Source of the DNA: the human T2T-CHM13v2.0 reference genome, Homo sapiens
Assembly (NCBI RefSeq): GCF_009914755.1
Contig: NC_060931.1
Length of the DNA stretch: 64,000 nucleotides
Direction: 5' to 3' (one strand)
This document shows, piece by piece, positions 47,254-61,659 of this stretch. The notes under the pieces were generated by a model that was not told the DNA's origin, made no database searches, and saw nothing but the letters and a program-made list of their open reading frames with translations. The number at the start of each line of letters is the position of its first letter. Position 1 is the first letter of the stretch. A program made the translations under genes and the position numbers.

Positions 47254-47611
47254 TACTATGGTTTGGCTGTGTCCCCACCCAAATCTCATCTTGGATTATA
47301 ATCCCCATAATCCCCATGTGTTGTGGGAGGGACCCAGTGGGAAGTAATTGAATCATGGGGTGGTTTCCCCATGCTGTTCTCATGATAGTGAGTTCTCACG
47401 AGATCTGATGGTTTTATAAGTGTCTGGCATTTCCCCTGCTGGCTCTCATTGTCTCTCCTGCTGCCCTGTGAAGAGGTGCCTTCCACCATGATTGTAAGTT
47501 TCCTGAGGCCTCCCCAGGCATGCAGAACTGTGAGTCAATTAAATCTCTTTTCTTTATAAATTACCCAGTCTCGGGTATTTCCTTGTAGCAATCTGAAAAT
47601 GGACTAATACA
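47254..47611 (+). mobile_element. THE1D/MSTA-like solo LTR
   Basis: tatggtttggctgtgtccccacccaaatctcatc...ggactaataca; TSD GAGTG on both sides. Confidence 0.92.
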
Positions 47612-47834
47612 GAGTGGATACATCCTATTTTACCATACCATGCCCTTTTTAAAGATACTTTATATTGTTTTTCATTTTTCACTACTATTAGTAAAGCTGC
47701 AATGAGCATCTTTCCACATATGGATGCCCTCCATGAACAAGGTAACCTGGTGGGCACTATGGAGAAAAAGTAAGGACACAGTTTAGTGGGCACAAAACAA
47801 GAAAATGACAGCAAAGGGAAGCAAGTATATATCT

Positions 47835-47913
47835 ACACACACGCACACACGCACACACACACACACACACACGCACACACACACACACACGCACACACAC
47901 ACACACACACACA
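47835..47913 (+). repeat. Interrupted (CA)n microsatellite
   Basis: Direct observation; CG interruptions keep the purine/pyrimidine alternation. Confidence 0.95.
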
Positions 47914-49452
47914 TGCATGCATGCCTAACAGAGAAGCATGTGATTATGTTTTCCTAAGAGTCTGGGGTACAAAATGCCCTCCGGCAAAAACTAAAGTTCT
48001 CTGAGGTCTTTGTGTGTGACTTAATTACACATGCTAATTTTCCGTTTTAATCCATAATTATCATGATGGTTTTGACATTGAATAATAATCTTTTAAATTA
48101 CTTACCAGTTACCTCATCTGTGGCACCAATTTTAGTTGCTACTTCTCTGAAACCTCCACATCCGTGCCCTATACAATCCATCTCTCAGGTTCCAGTCCAG
48201 CATCCAAACCTGGACCCCTCCTCCTGGAAGTCTGTCTTCCGCTGTTCCTCCCTTTTGCCTCCAACTCATCGTATTTAGAACTGAAACAGCATCCCCGATC
48301 CACCTCAGATCTGCCTCTAACCCTTATTCCAGCCTAGGATATGAAGATTCTATTTCCATTATAAATCTACCAGATATCAGCCAATTTAATTAGGTGGAAG
48401 ACTTTTATTCTGTGGAGGTTTCTCACAAAAAAACAAGCGAAGGTGGCTAAAGTATTACCAAGGGACTGTTGCCCTCTGCCCTTTGACAGGAGTAAGCGAG
48501 GACTCTTCGTCATTCTAGAGGGGTTCAGAGTACCCAGAGGGCCCAGAAGCCCCAGCAGTGACTGGCATGGGAAAGAAAAATGGCGGGAAGTACAGGATGA
48601 CAGGAAAAAAGAGAGAGTCAAACACTTCTCTCTGAACACAACTTTGTAAAAGGACTGGGCTACAAGGAACCCAGTCTTTTATTCAAATTACTTCTCATTA
48701 CTTAACTGAAACTCAGTTTCCTCAGTTGTAAAACAGTAATAACAGCTGTCCACCTTGAAGACATGTTATTGTTTAATTCTTACATTTAATAAATATTTCT
48801 AGAATATTATCTGTAGAGTTGGTGCTAAGGATATCACAATAACAGGACATAGTTCCTGCCTTCAGGGTCCCTGTGGTCTGCTTGTAAGAGAGACCCAAGG
48901 AAAGAGGCAATCACACTATAGTAGAATAAGTGTTTCCCAGGTATGCACAAAATGAGATCATGACTTTATAGTGCTTAGCAAATGTTAGAGTGTTGTACAA
49001 ATATTGGCTTTATTAGTACTGGGCACTCCTGATCCTATTCAGGGATCTCTAACTACTCTTGCTCTGTTCCTCCCCACCAAGCCACGAAGCAGAAGGCCAG
49101 CCTTGGTACCCACAGCCTCTTCTAAAGACAACTGATGCTAAAGCCTCTGCTGAAGGGGCAGGACCAAATGAGCCTGGCAACTGATCCCACCTCACTCTCA
49201 GGCAGCAGGTGATGGAACTGCGTTGACACTAAGCCCAGGCAACCCGTCAATATGCTGACTTTTGACACATGATATTGTCTAGCAAGAAACTTTGTGTTGA
49301 GACAGTCAGGTTCCTTCTTTTGAGAATTTTAACTTGGAAACACAGATAGGAATCCAGCAGTCAACAACAGGGCTGAAACTGGAAAAATGCATAGAACCAA
49401 GACATGAGGCAGAAATGGGAGGATGAAGGATCATAACAGGCAGCGGTTACTA

Positions 49453-49872
<420 letters not shown>

Positions 49873-50411
49873 AAAGAAAACTGACGCTATTATAGACACC
49901 TTAGGCCATGAGGGCAGCGACAGCGGGTATGGCTGGTCCTGCAGGTGACTTTCCACTTCCCCTGCTCCTTCCTCTTTTATTTATATTTTCCTACCAAAAA
50001 AAAAATGAAACCTTACAAAGCTAAACTGAAAAGATGCCTTTGAGCACACAAAAATCATACTCACTCTAAAGTCTATTGACTGATTGAATTCTCAGATACA
50101 TTTCTTCTTTCACTGTTTTTAAAATTACCGTCTTCTATATGCAAAATCTAGAAGGAAAAATACAATTAATTTTCATGACATCACATACTATTTTACTATT
50201 TGTTTGCAGGCCATCAACAAACTTCCCTTATGAGAAAATCCTAACTGTAATCAAGAAAGCAAATATCTCCCAAAAGCTCATTGGAGAAATGGCTGATTCT
50301 AGCACTGGAGCAGAAAATATACAAGATGAGCCTGGAACATCTTATTATGCCAGGAAATAAGCAAGTGCTCAAAAGAAAAGTCTCAATGATGGGGATATAT
50401 CAAAGGAACAC

Positions 50412-51287
50412 AACATCACTAATTAGCATGGAAATGCAGATCAAAACCACAATGAGATATCATCTCACTCCAGTTAAAATGGCTATGATCAAAAAGACAG
50501 AAAATAACATGCTTGAGGCCATGAAGAAAGGGCAAGCTTGTACACATAGGTGAAAATATAAATTAGTATAACCACTATGGAAAACAGTGTGGAGGTTCCT
50601 CAGAAAGCTAAAAATAGAGCCACCATATGATCCAGGAATCCTGCTACTGGGTATCTATCCAAAAGAAAGGAAACCAGTATACCAGAGATATCTGCACTCC
50701 CATATTTACTGCAGCACTATTCACAATAGCAAAAATGTAGAATCAACCTAAGTATCCATCAACAGATGAATGGATTAAAAAATGTGGCATATAGACACAA
50801 TAAAGTACTATTCAGCCATGAAAAGGAATGAAATCTTGTCACTTGCAGCAACATGAATGAAACAGGAAGACATTATGTTAAATGAAATAAATCAGGCACA
50901 GAAACACAAATATCACATGTTCTCACTCTCATGGGAGAGCTAAAAAGTGGATCTCAAGAAGATAGTAGATTGGTGGTTACCAGAGGCCAGGAAAGGGTGA
51001 GGGGGAGGCAGGAAGAGAAGTTGGTTAATGGGTACAAAAATACAGTTAGATAAAAGAAATAAGTTCTCGTGTTTGATAGCACAGTACAATGACTATAGTT
51101 AACAAGAACTTACTGTGTATTTCAAAATAGCAAGAAAGGAAGATTTGGAATGTTCCCAACACACAGAAATGATAAATTTGAGGTGATGGATATCCCAATT
51201 ACCCTGATTTGAGTACACATTATATGCTCGGATCAAAATGACACATGTACCACATTAATATGTACAATTATTATACAGCAATTAAAT
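50412..51287 (+). mobile_element. L1MA 3' end (ORF2 C-terminus plus 3' UTR)
   Basis: EMQIKTTMRYHLTPVKMAMIKK in ORF 50281-50553; flanks aggaacaca/aggaacata. Confidence 0.9.
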
Positions 51288-51667
51288 AGGAACATAGGAG
51301 CCACCTGAAAGAGCTCCCAATGGCCAAAGCTGAAACAATTTTAGCAATAAAATAAAGTCATATTGGATTAAAACCCAATGTATAAAATAAATATCCATGA
51401 GTCTATACTAACACAAATAAATGGATTGAATAAATAAATAATTGGGAGGCAAGAGATAAATCCCTCCATAGAGAAGAATTCCAAATAATTTACGTAGATA
51501 CTCCATCCTCAAAGCAGTGAGGCATAACTCCCTGCTCCTTCTTGGCTGCACACAGTGACTTCCTTCCAAAGAGCTCAGTGTGGAAGGCAGGTGGGAATTA
51601 CTTTACAGTGGGGAAACCTGACAAATACTACCAGGTGGCCAGGTGGTGAAGGTCAATATCATGTGTT

Positions 51668-51813
51668 TCTTTTTTGAGATGGAGTCTCGCTGTGTCACCC
51701 AGGCTGGAGTGCAGTGGCACAGTCTTGGCCTACTGCAGCCTCTGCCTCCTGGGTTCAAGCAATTCCCCTGCCTCAGCCTCCTGAGCAGCCTGCCACCACA
51801 CCCAGCTAATTTT
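51668..51813 (-). mobile_element. Alu right-arm fragment
   Basis: gagatggagtctcgctgtgtcacccaggctggagtgcagtgg... Confidence 0.9.
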
Positions 51814-52814
51814 TATGGACTGCCACCATGCCCAGAGATACTATGTATTCTTGATATGATATGACGAAAATGGCACATTACCCCTGTTGTCTTCCTCCTA
51901 AAAACACATAGCCCCAGTTTAATCATGAGAAAAATATCAGACAAATCCCAAATCAAGAGACATCCTATAAAAATACTCCACCCATACTCCTCAAAAATAT
52001 CAAGGACATCAAAAACAAAGAAATCTGAGAAATTGTCACACCCTAGAGTAGCATAAATAGACATGACATCTAAATTTAATGTGATATCTTGGAATCCTGG
52101 AGGGGATTCTGGAACAGAAAAGAGACATTAGATAGACTAAGGAAATCTAAATAAAGTATGGACTTCAGTTAATCATGATGTATCAATAATGGTCCATTAA
52201 TTGCAACAAATATCCCCTACTAAGGTAAGCTGATAATATAGGGGGAACTGGCTGCAGAGAATATGGTAACTCTGTATCATCTTTGCAATTTTTCTGAAAC
52301 TCTAAAACTGTTCTAAAATTAAAAGTTCATTTTTGAAAGTTAAAGAAGTTAAAGAAAAATATCAAAAGCAGCATTAAGCAATTGGGGCCATCTTTATCTA
52401 TATGTTTTTGTTTTAGACAGTAATGATTAGATCCCTGTAATAAAAGACAAGGTCTGGAAAAAAAAAAAGTCTCCCAAGAGAATTGCTAAGTAGGGCGTTG
52501 GAATAAGGTGTTATCTTACTAAGCAAATACTATGGCCATAGAGGTGGATTGTCTGCTGATTTATTCTAAAGTAGAGGCTGCCAAAAATTTAAATAGCTCT
52601 TGCCCAAAATGTAATGGTCTAATTCAACTACCAGGAGCCACCTCTGGACACAGAAAGCGAGACAGCAGAGCTCAATGCTTAACTCCTACAGGAACTTCAT
52701 TCCTCTGTCTGGTGCCAACAGTACCTTTGAGCCACCTGTAAAAGTGGCCAGGCTTATTCTCTATATTTTTCTATATGTTTGAAATATTCCATAATAATGT
52801 TAAGAACATTTTTG

Positions 52815-53165
52815 TAATTTTTATTAGCTTTCAATTTTGAAATAATTTCCAACTTGATGAGAAAAGTTGCAAAAATAGCACAAAGAATTCCCACATACCC
52901 TTTACCCAGCTTCCCCAAATGTTAACACTCTGCATAGTTATAGTACAGTGATCAAAACCAAGAAATTAACATCGAAGCAATACTATTAGCTCACCGACAG
53001 ATTGCATCAAAAAGTTACCAATCGTCCCACTGAGCTCCTTTTTCTGGTTCAGGACCCACGGTGCATTCACAGCTGCCATGTCTCCCGCCTCCTCCAGTCT
53101 GGGGCAGTTCCTCGGCCTTTGTCTTTCATGACCTTGACATTTTTGAAGAGTCAGTGTAAAATCAT
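52815..53165 (-). mobile_element. L1M 3' end fragment
   Basis: aaagttgcaaaaatagcacaaagaattcccacataccctttacccag...ttcatgaccttgacatttttgaagag. Confidence 0.7.
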
Positions 53166-53549
53166 TTAAACTCATTGAGTTTATGACAATCTCCCTAAAA
53201 CTGTTCTGAACTGAAGGCAGCTCTTCAGCGAGTTGCCAGGCCGTCAGGGAGCAACCTTGATACAGTTTCTCAAGCTGGACAACTCTGCAGCCTCTGCAGC
53301 CCCCAGGGGGGCAGGAAGCGCATGGGAAAGTGGCACAAGGGCGGGACTGCACCTCACTGGGATTCCGGACAACCAGTATCCTGAGCACCTAACAAGGCGC
53401 CAAGCTCCCACGTGCCTAGGTACCTCCTCTACTCGTAGGAGCTCTGAGGAGGTGGGTGGGTGTGTGCTCCAATCCACTCGCTAGGGCTCGGTGGGACCAG
53501 GAGTTCACGGTTGTGTGAGCAAAACCCAGACGCCAGTACTGCACATCCT

Positions 53550-53568
53550 GGAGCCACCTGGTGGCTAC
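53550..53568 (-). promoter_or_regulatory. Candidate CTCF site, near-palindromic AGCCACC(A/T)GGTGGCT
   Basis: The minus strand reads TAGCCACCAGGTGGCTCC, a near-perfect CTCF core. Confidence 0.55.
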
Positions 53569-54229
53569 AGTCTCCAGCTTTCTCAGGGCCCGAGAGTATC
53601 CTGTCTTCCATGTTTTTTTCACGCTCTGGTAAGGTAGCATCCTTCCCTCCAGGGTCTCCAAGCCCTGAAGTAACCTTCCTCCAAGGGCCACCGCGGAAGA
53701 GATGTGCAGTGTTACAGCACCATCTAGTGCTAAAAATAGTACAGTGCAGCCATAGCATCCCTGCTGCTCCAGTCACAGCTCCTGGGGGTGTAATTAATAA
53801 TTTAGCAACCTGTCAAGATTTAACAAGTTGACTCTAATTTCACGGTGTGACAAGCCAGTCTGGTTTACCAAGGAAGAGGCATTGGAGTCAGATGAATCCC
53901 TTGTCTGCCCTTACCAATGTGTCTTGCTCTGTCTCTGACAGTCCAAACCTTATTTTCCTCATAGTTAAAATGGGACTAATACTGTATTCAACATTGTTAT
54001 AATGTACCTGGATAAGTCCTGGGATGATAGAAAGTCCCAATAAGCATGTATTGCTTCTCATCCTCCTCCTTACCCTCTTGTATACAGAGGATTTCCATGA
54101 CAACCTGGAGCCGTTAAAATGGAAGGGACTCTCCTCCATGAGGTGTGATGTTCATCCAAAGAGCCGGACAAACTATAAAACCCTGAGGCCACTCCATGGT
54201 TAGGAGCCGGGACTCGGAATCTGAATTGG

Positions 54230-54395
54230 CTTATTTTGAATACCAGCTCTGATGGTTGCTGGTTTTTCCATCTGTAAAATGGCGATGGTAGTGATGATGC
54301 CTGTCTCCTAAGGCTGTTGTGAGGATTAAATAAATTAATACCTACAAAGCACTTAGAAGGCAATAATGTCGTAAGTGTGAGCTATCATTAATAAC
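54230..54395 (+). mobile_element. MIR fragment
   Basis: catctgtaaaatgg...ggctgttgtgaggattaaataaattaatacctacaaagcacttagaa. Confidence 0.75.
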
Positions 54396-54759
54396 ATTTC
54401 TTAGCAATCTGGACCCAAAAAAGGCAGGAGGTGGGGGAAGGCTCAGAGCCACCATTTATTTGATTTATAAAAGAAAATGTTCCACTTCTTGTCCTTTTGA
54501 ATAGTACTCTACCTCTCATGTTTTCCCCTAAACACACACACACATACGCACACAATCTTCAAATATTTAGAGTCTGGCTCCTCTTCGACCAACTCCAAGT
54601 CTCAGTTAGCTTCCTGGGCCATCTCCAAGGTGAGGCAGGGCCACAGGCAGCCCATCTGAGCCTCACAGACAGCCCAAATACCTCAGCCATCGGTATAGTA
54701 CTGGTAAAGCAAGCCCTTTATCATTATGAAATATCCTTCATACTCTGGTAATACCTGAA

Positions 54760-56900
54760 AGTTCACTTCGTGTACTAAATACACCAGCTTCCTTTTGGTT
54801 AATACTTGCATGATAGTCCTTTTTCCATCCTTTTACTTTCCATCTTTCTGTATCCTTGTTTAAGGTATGTTGTTTTTAAGTCTCAGAGAATTATATTTGT
54901 TCTTTATCCAGGGTGATAATAATATTGCCTTTGAATTGGAATATTTAGTCCACATATGCTTGATGTAGAGATTGATGCATGTGGGTGTTTGTTTTCTATT
55001 TGTTCCCATCTGTTCTATGCGCCTTTTTTTCTTTTTGCCTTCCTTTGGATTATTTTATTTCATATTCTCCTTCTGTTATCTTGTTAGTTTTACATACTCT
55101 TATTCTTTTACAAAATACCGTAGAAACTGAAACATGTACCCCTGATTTATTAATTTCTAATATAAATCAGTGCCTCCACCATTTTCACTTTCAAGACAAT
55201 TCAAGGACTTCAGAATACTTTAATTCCATTTACCCAGGGGTCCACAGTCCCCAGGCTGTGAACCAGTACTGGTCAGTGGCCTGTCAGGAACTGGGCTGCA
55301 CAGCAAGAGATGGGTGGCAAGCCAGCAAGCATTACCGCCTGAGCTCCACCTCCTGTCAGACCAACAGCAGCATTAGATTCTCATAGGAGCGCTAACCCTA
55401 TTGTGAACTGTGCATGTGAGGGATCTAGGTTGTGCACTCCTTATGAGAATCTAATGCCTGATGATTTAAGGTGGGACAGTGTCATCCCAACACCATGCTC
55501 CCAATCCCTCCACCCCTCCACCCACTGTCTGGGAAAAAATTATCTTCCACAAAACTGGTCTCTGGTGCCAGAAATGTTGGGGACCCCTACATTTACCTCC
55601 CTCCACACTTAACGTGCTTCTCTTGGTGATGTATTTTAGTTCTTTATATATTTAAGACCCCAGAAAGTAAAAAGTTGTTTCACACATTCAATATTTATTT
55701 AGTTTTATACACATACTTACCCTTTCCATTGCCTTTCAATGCCTTTCTGCACCTCCAGCTGTGGTCAGTGATCATTTTCCTTCTGCTCCAACAACACCCT
55801 TTAGTACTTTCCTTTCATACTTTTGGTACTTTTCATTGGTGGCAAATTCTATTTTCCTTTGTCTGGACGTGTCTTTGGAAGGATATTTTTGCCTCATAGT
55901 CTTCTAGGTTGACTATTATTTTCTTGAAGCTCTTTGAAAACACCATTCCATTTTCCACTATCATTACTTCTGCTGAAAATTCCCTCTCAAGGCTTGCTGT
56001 TGCTCCTTTGAAAGTAATATATATTTTTCCTCTGGCTACTTTTAAAATTAGTCTTTGTTTTCCAGTAGTTTTACTATGAAGTAATTAAGTATAACTTTCA
56101 TTGTAACTTATCCTGCTTAGAGGTCAACAGCATTTCTTATTTATGTGGCTTAATGTCTTTCATTAATTTGGGAACAACCTTAACCATTAACTCTTCGAAT
56201 AGTTGTCTTCCTATTTACCCCCAGCACCAGTCTGGATATTTTCTTATCTTTCATTTCATTACCTATCTCTTAAGTTGTGTCTATCAGAGCCATCTACTGA
56301 TTTCTTAAATTGTTATATTATTTTTCAATTCTAGAATTTTAAACATAGTGTCCAGTTCTCTCCTGAAGTTGTTCCATTTGGTCATTTAATTCATGAACAT
56401 TTTAATCATAGTTATTGTAAGACACCGGTCAGATAATGTTAACTACGTGAATTTCCTGGAGGTCTGTTTCTATTGTTCACTTTCTCATTGTTGGTCGAAT
56501 CTTGTGTTTTTGCATTCCTATTTCTTAAGCAGACTTTGAAAACAATTAATAGAGAAAATTTGAGAAATTAGACCATGTCCTCCTTCAGAGGGGCTTTGTT
56601 TTTGCTTCTGGCTATCCACTAGATCTGAGGCTGGGCTTCAGTCCTTGTGAGGACAGGCCCATAACCAATTCACCTTTAATCAAAGAGTAGCTCTTTGGGG
56701 TCCCACGAGAAAGTCTGGGGTGTTTTCCAGGGCTGCTTCTACTTGGACCCCAACTCTAATTTTTGGTCTGCATTAGTCTTCTACAAATTCTGTTCAGTTT
56801 CTCAGCCCCTGCCCTTGAATTAGCAAGTCCCTTGAGGGGGAAACGAACAGTATCAAATGTAGGTCTCTCGAATATTAGCCCTTGCTTTCTCAACAGCCCT
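54760..56900 (-). mobile_element. Old L1M fragment (antisense), interrupted by MER1
   Basis: ccagcttccttttggttaatacttgcatgatagtcctttttccatccttttactttc is antisense L1 ORF2; T-rich throughout. Confidence 0.6.
55235..55589. mobile_element. MER1B hAT-Charlie MITE
   Basis: caggggtcc...ggaccccta terminal inverted repeats; 8-bp TSD catttacc at 55227-55234 and 55590-55597. Confidence 0.92.
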
Positions 56901-57034
56901 CTGATCCCTGAATAGGTATGTATATTCTGGCTTTTGTCCTTTCCTCAGCAGAAGAGTTGGTGCAAAACAAGCTAATCTCCCTTTGCTCAAGGCTGAACTC
57001 TCCACATTCCTTATTTGCATAATTAATTAATCTT

Positions 57035-57250
57035 GGAGTCCATGGTCTAGAGTAGAATAGACTTGGGTTCAAGTCTCCATTGTGTTACTTACTAGCTGTG
57101 TGTTTTCAGGTGAGCTATTTAACTTCTTAAAGTCTTAGTGTCCCATCTGGAGAATGGAAGCAACAATGGTACCTACCTTGAGTTATTTTAAGGATTTTTT
57201 AAGATGCAGGCATAGCATTTAGCACAGAGCCAGGAATACAGCAAATATTT
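57035..57250 (+). mobile_element. MIR
   Basis: gacttgggttcaagtc...acttactagctgtgtg...gtacctacct. Confidence 0.75.
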
Positions 57251-58246
57251 AAACATAAATAACATCAAGCATTAAAGCATTCCAAGTAACAGTTGTTATC
57301 ATTATGTAATGGAAAGGATGGCACAACAGCAGCCTGTCTCCCATGCACCCCCTGTGAAAGAGTAACTACCTGGGGGAAGATCCTATACAGGTGTAAGTTT
57401 TTCCCCCTTGCTCATCCTATGGCTTTGGAACACTTGGATGAAACAGCTTACTGCACCACATCAAATGGTTTGTGCAGGTGTTGGTATGCTCTTTTTGGAA
57501 AGCAGATCAATTGGAGGAAGGGTCAGAATTTAGCAGTAGGATCAAAAAAGTAAGCTTTGGCAACAAGACCCATGAAACTGGTCCCCTACACTATGGCCTC
57601 CAGGGTTTATCCCCAAAGTGTAATGGGAGGACAGGTGCAACCACTGGGGTTTGCTCTGGAAAGAGGAGACAGGTCTTTTGCTGTCCTGCCCGTATCAGGG
57701 TTGAGACTTCATTGTGCTTGGGAAAGGTTTTCCACTTACTAAGAATTCTGGACAGTAAAGGGGCCCTAGAGGCTTTGACACAGGAACCCTGAGTAATTAT
57801 TCTCTGCTCTCTTGTAAGAAAAACATTTCTTTCGAATATTCCATAATTTTTAATAAAAGGCTTGCATTGTTCACAACACATTCAAGAAGTATTATCATTG
57901 ATTTTGCTTTTTGAAATGTTTAAATATTGAAACATCCAAAATACTAATGTGGATAAAATACAACAAACTTGCTTTGTACCCACCATGTGTTTGGTTTCTA
58001 TCACTTTCCCAAGCTGCAGTTCCAATGTGCAATGCTAGCAATACCACCGGCAGAGGTGAGCCAGCTGGCCAAATTGGGCCTCCCAGGAATGATCTGGTAG
58101 ATGAGAACACCACAAGCCAGAGCCTGGCAGTTTTGCACATCCAGCAACACCATTCCAGATACTGCAGGCCTCAGGGTCTGACGTACACTGGACTTCGAAA
58201 AAGCTGATGTATCACGTCATATTGTAGTCTTTTAACGGTGAGGCAA

Positions 58247-58535
58247 GGCCGGACGCAGTGGCTCACGCCTGTAATCCCAGCACTTTGGGAGGCCGAGGCA
58301 GGTGGATCAGGAGGTCAGGAGTTCAGGACCAGCCTGGCCAAAATGGTGAAACCCCATCTCTATTAAAAATACAAAAATTAGCTGGGCGTGTTGGCAGGCG
58401 CTTGTAATCCCAGCTACTTGGGAGGCTGAGGCAGAGGTTGCAGTGAGCCGAAATAGTGCCACTGCACTCCAGCCTGGGCGATAGAGTGAGACTCCGTCTC
58501 AAAACAAACAAGCAAACAACAACAACAAAAAAACA
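58247..58535 (+). mobile_element. Alu with an internal right-arm deletion
   Basis: gaggctgaggcag|aggttgcagtg lacks the gagaatcgcttgaacccgggaggc segment; flanks gaggcaa. Confidence 0.93.
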
Positions 58536-60549
58536 CAGAGGCAAGAACTGCCACTGGGACTGTGTATTTGAAGCTCCAAATATGGCCTTTCCTGCCACTA
58601 ATTTGAAAAGCCTAATTTCAATAGCGATGGTAGAAAGAGCCAAGGAAAATAGTTACAATACTGGTGAGCTGTGGCATCTAATTATGTCACCAAAGTATGA
58701 TGTGAATGTCTCCAATTCTCCAGCCCTCCAGATCACCCTTTTCTTTTACCTATCTAACATAAATCTGACCCTCTCACTGTAGGTCTAGTCTTTATGGTAA
58801 TGTATAATAATGTAAGAAGTCCTAGAAGTGTTTATATTCCAGAAACATATATCCTGGTTGTTACTAGTCACAATCTGGCCTTGAGACCAGTGTTTGGATT
58901 ACCCCAGCCACCTAGGTACCATCTGGCCCCAGTATGGACACAGTCCCTCCCTGAATCATCCAAAACACAGCTCACATTGGGCTGTAGTTCTTGACAAAGA
59001 CTTAATGAATGTGAGGCTAACAGAAGGGAATTAACAATGTAGGAAAAATAACAGTGGCTCACGCATTTCAGTGTTCTTAGAACCTGTGACATCCCTTCAC
59101 AGGAGTTTATAACCAGGACCTTTCTCCTTAGGCCCCACCCTGCTGCTAGGAGGCAGGGACTTGCTCATTTCCTCCAGAGGGGTGTCCCCACAATGCTGCC
59201 CACCCCCAGTGAGATCTACAGCTCCAATTATCTTCTCTCCAACTTCCAACAGAAATGAAACTGATCAGTCTCACAATTAACTCTGCATCCTCTCCCCACC
59301 CTGTACCTGGCTTTAGGCTCTGACCCATGGGGCATTTCTGCCAGCTTTGATAGTTTATCTATTTAGCTCCCAGGTTAAAATCCAGACCTTTCTTCTGGAT
59401 GCAATAATTACATCAGTCTTGAAATAAGCCATCCCTAATCATGGACCCAAACAGTGTTCAAATGTGGCCATAGCTCACTCTGCTGAACATCTGCTAATTC
59501 TGATTTTTTTCCTAGTAACCAACAATGCAATGAATATCTGGAAAGCTAAATCTCACACATGCATGACATCCTTTCAAACTTCTGCTGGCACTCATCCAGG
59601 ACTGAACTAAATACCAGGTTCTCCCCAACTTCATCCCTTCTATATGGTGAGAGAAACAAGGAAATAAATGTAAACTGCAACAGTGTTAAAGGCAAAGTAA
59701 TAAACTGTGCTTCCAGGGAAAAGCCTCCCAAAGAATTGGCAATTATGCTGAGATCTGATGAGTCATTAGTGCTAGTGAGGCAAAGAAGGAAGAAACTGTG
59801 TGTGTTTGCAGCAAAAAGAACAGCAATTTAAAAAGTCCGGGGCTGGAAGGTGCAGGAATTGGAAGAGCAGCCTAGCTAAACCAGGAATTAAGGAGGAGCT
59901 CAAACTGACAGGAGGCGAGAGCACAACCTTTCAGGATTTTGTAAGCCATGTTCATTAGTCTGATTTGTATTCTAGGAATAAGAGGATGACAGTGAATGAT
60001 CTGTGCACATTTTGAAAATCTGATACTTGCTGGAAAGGCTATATTCTGTTTTACATTCCCCTACAGTTTCACCAACACTAAATATCATCTTAAGAATATG
60101 GTAGTTTTAACTACTGGATACTACCTTTTTTCATCTTTATTACCCATTTCCTATTGGAGTGCTTTTTTTTTTTTTTTACTGGATACAAATTATTTTTTAC
60201 TGGAATGAATTTAAGACTTCATTTATTACCTTTTCTATCTTTTGTGCTCTAATTATTTGCCTTTAAATTACTTATGTCAAAACATTATATACTCAGCAAT
60301 CTTTAAAGATTCTGCCATAAAAGTGTTCTCTCACTCCAATGTTATATATTCACCCACATTTTCTTAGTATTTCCACGATTTGATTGTTCATATTCAATCA
60401 TGTCTTGAAATTTATAAATAGAAATCTAACTTTACTTTTCAAACGCTTAACTAAGCAGTCATCCCTGATAATGTCACTTTTATCATTGTAAGTAAACAAA
60501 TCAGAAAATAATTTATTGATGTTTTCTTAATCTTCTACTGTTATCTAAT

Positions 60550-61320
60550 CATATATAAATATATATAAATATATAAATTATATATATAAATATATAAATA
60601 TATATAAATAAATTATATATATAAATATATATAAATATATAAATTATATAAAAATATATAAATTATATATATAAATTATATAAATATATAAATTATATAT
60701 ATAAATTATATAAATATATAAATTATATATATAAATTATATATAAATATATAAATTATATATATAAATTATATATAAATATATAAATTATATATATATAT
60801 TATATATAAATTATATATAAAAATTATATATAAATATATAAATATATAAATTATATATAAATATATAAATATATAAATTATATATAAATATATAAATATA
60901 TAAATTATATATAAATATATAAATTATATAATATATAAATATATAAATTATATATAAATATATAAATATATAAATTATATATAAATATATATAAATTATA
61001 TAATATATATTTATATATTTTTATATTTATATATATAATTGTATAATATATATTTATATATAATTATATATTTTTATATTTATATTTACATATAAATATA
61101 TATAATTATATAATATATATTATATATTTATATTTATATGTAAATATATAAATATAATATATAATTATATATAATATATAAATTATATATAAATATATAC
61201 AAATTATATATATAAATATATATTATAATTATATATAATTATATAAAAATATACAAATTTTTATATAATCATATATAAATCATATATATAATCATATATA
61301 TATAATCATATATATATATT
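60550..61320. repeat. ~770-bp AT-only low-complexity/minisatellite tract (ATATAAAT/ATATATAAATT units)
   Basis: Direct observation; almost no G or C. Confidence 0.97.
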
Positions 61321-61653
61321 TTTTCCCCTGGGCCACTACCACATTCATAATTTTATAATGTATTTCATGTGATATAAAGTTCTCCCACACATATTTGTTT
61401 TATTTAGCTATCCCATAAGAAACTTACTGCCTTCTCATGATACATTAAATTGGCTTTCACAGGGATTTTTAAATAAACTAATGAGGTTTCAATCTAACTA
61501 GGAGATATCCATCTGGAATGGAAAGAGGTGTAAATGACCTTTAAGACTTCAGCAACCCTTCCAAACAACTACTAAAATTTACATAAATGTTTGCATGTAA
61601 TGGGTGAAGAGTTTGAACAAATATCCCATAAAACTGTTTACCATAATTGACTT

Positions 61654-61659
61654 TTTATT
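61654..61659 (-). terminator. Probable distal polyadenylation signal AATAAA of HERPUD2
   Basis: tttatt on the plus strand; the minus strand downstream reads ...cagttttatgggatatttgttc (GU-rich). Confidence 0.6.

Larger units (their letters stand above)
50275..52340 (+). mobile_element. L1MC/MD 3' region hosting a nested L1MA and an Alu fragment
   Basis: gaaatggctgattctag...ctgaaagagctcccaatggccaaagctg...ctaaaactgttctaaaatt. Confidence 0.75.

Noticed and set aside
51628-51642. CTCF-like CTACCAGGTGGCC
   Set aside because: Core mismatch, inside old L1 sequence, no supporting context.
60550-61320. Tandem arrays as CRISPR-like or other prokaryotic systems
   Set aside because: No repeat-spacer structure; the window is primate DNA with simple repeats.
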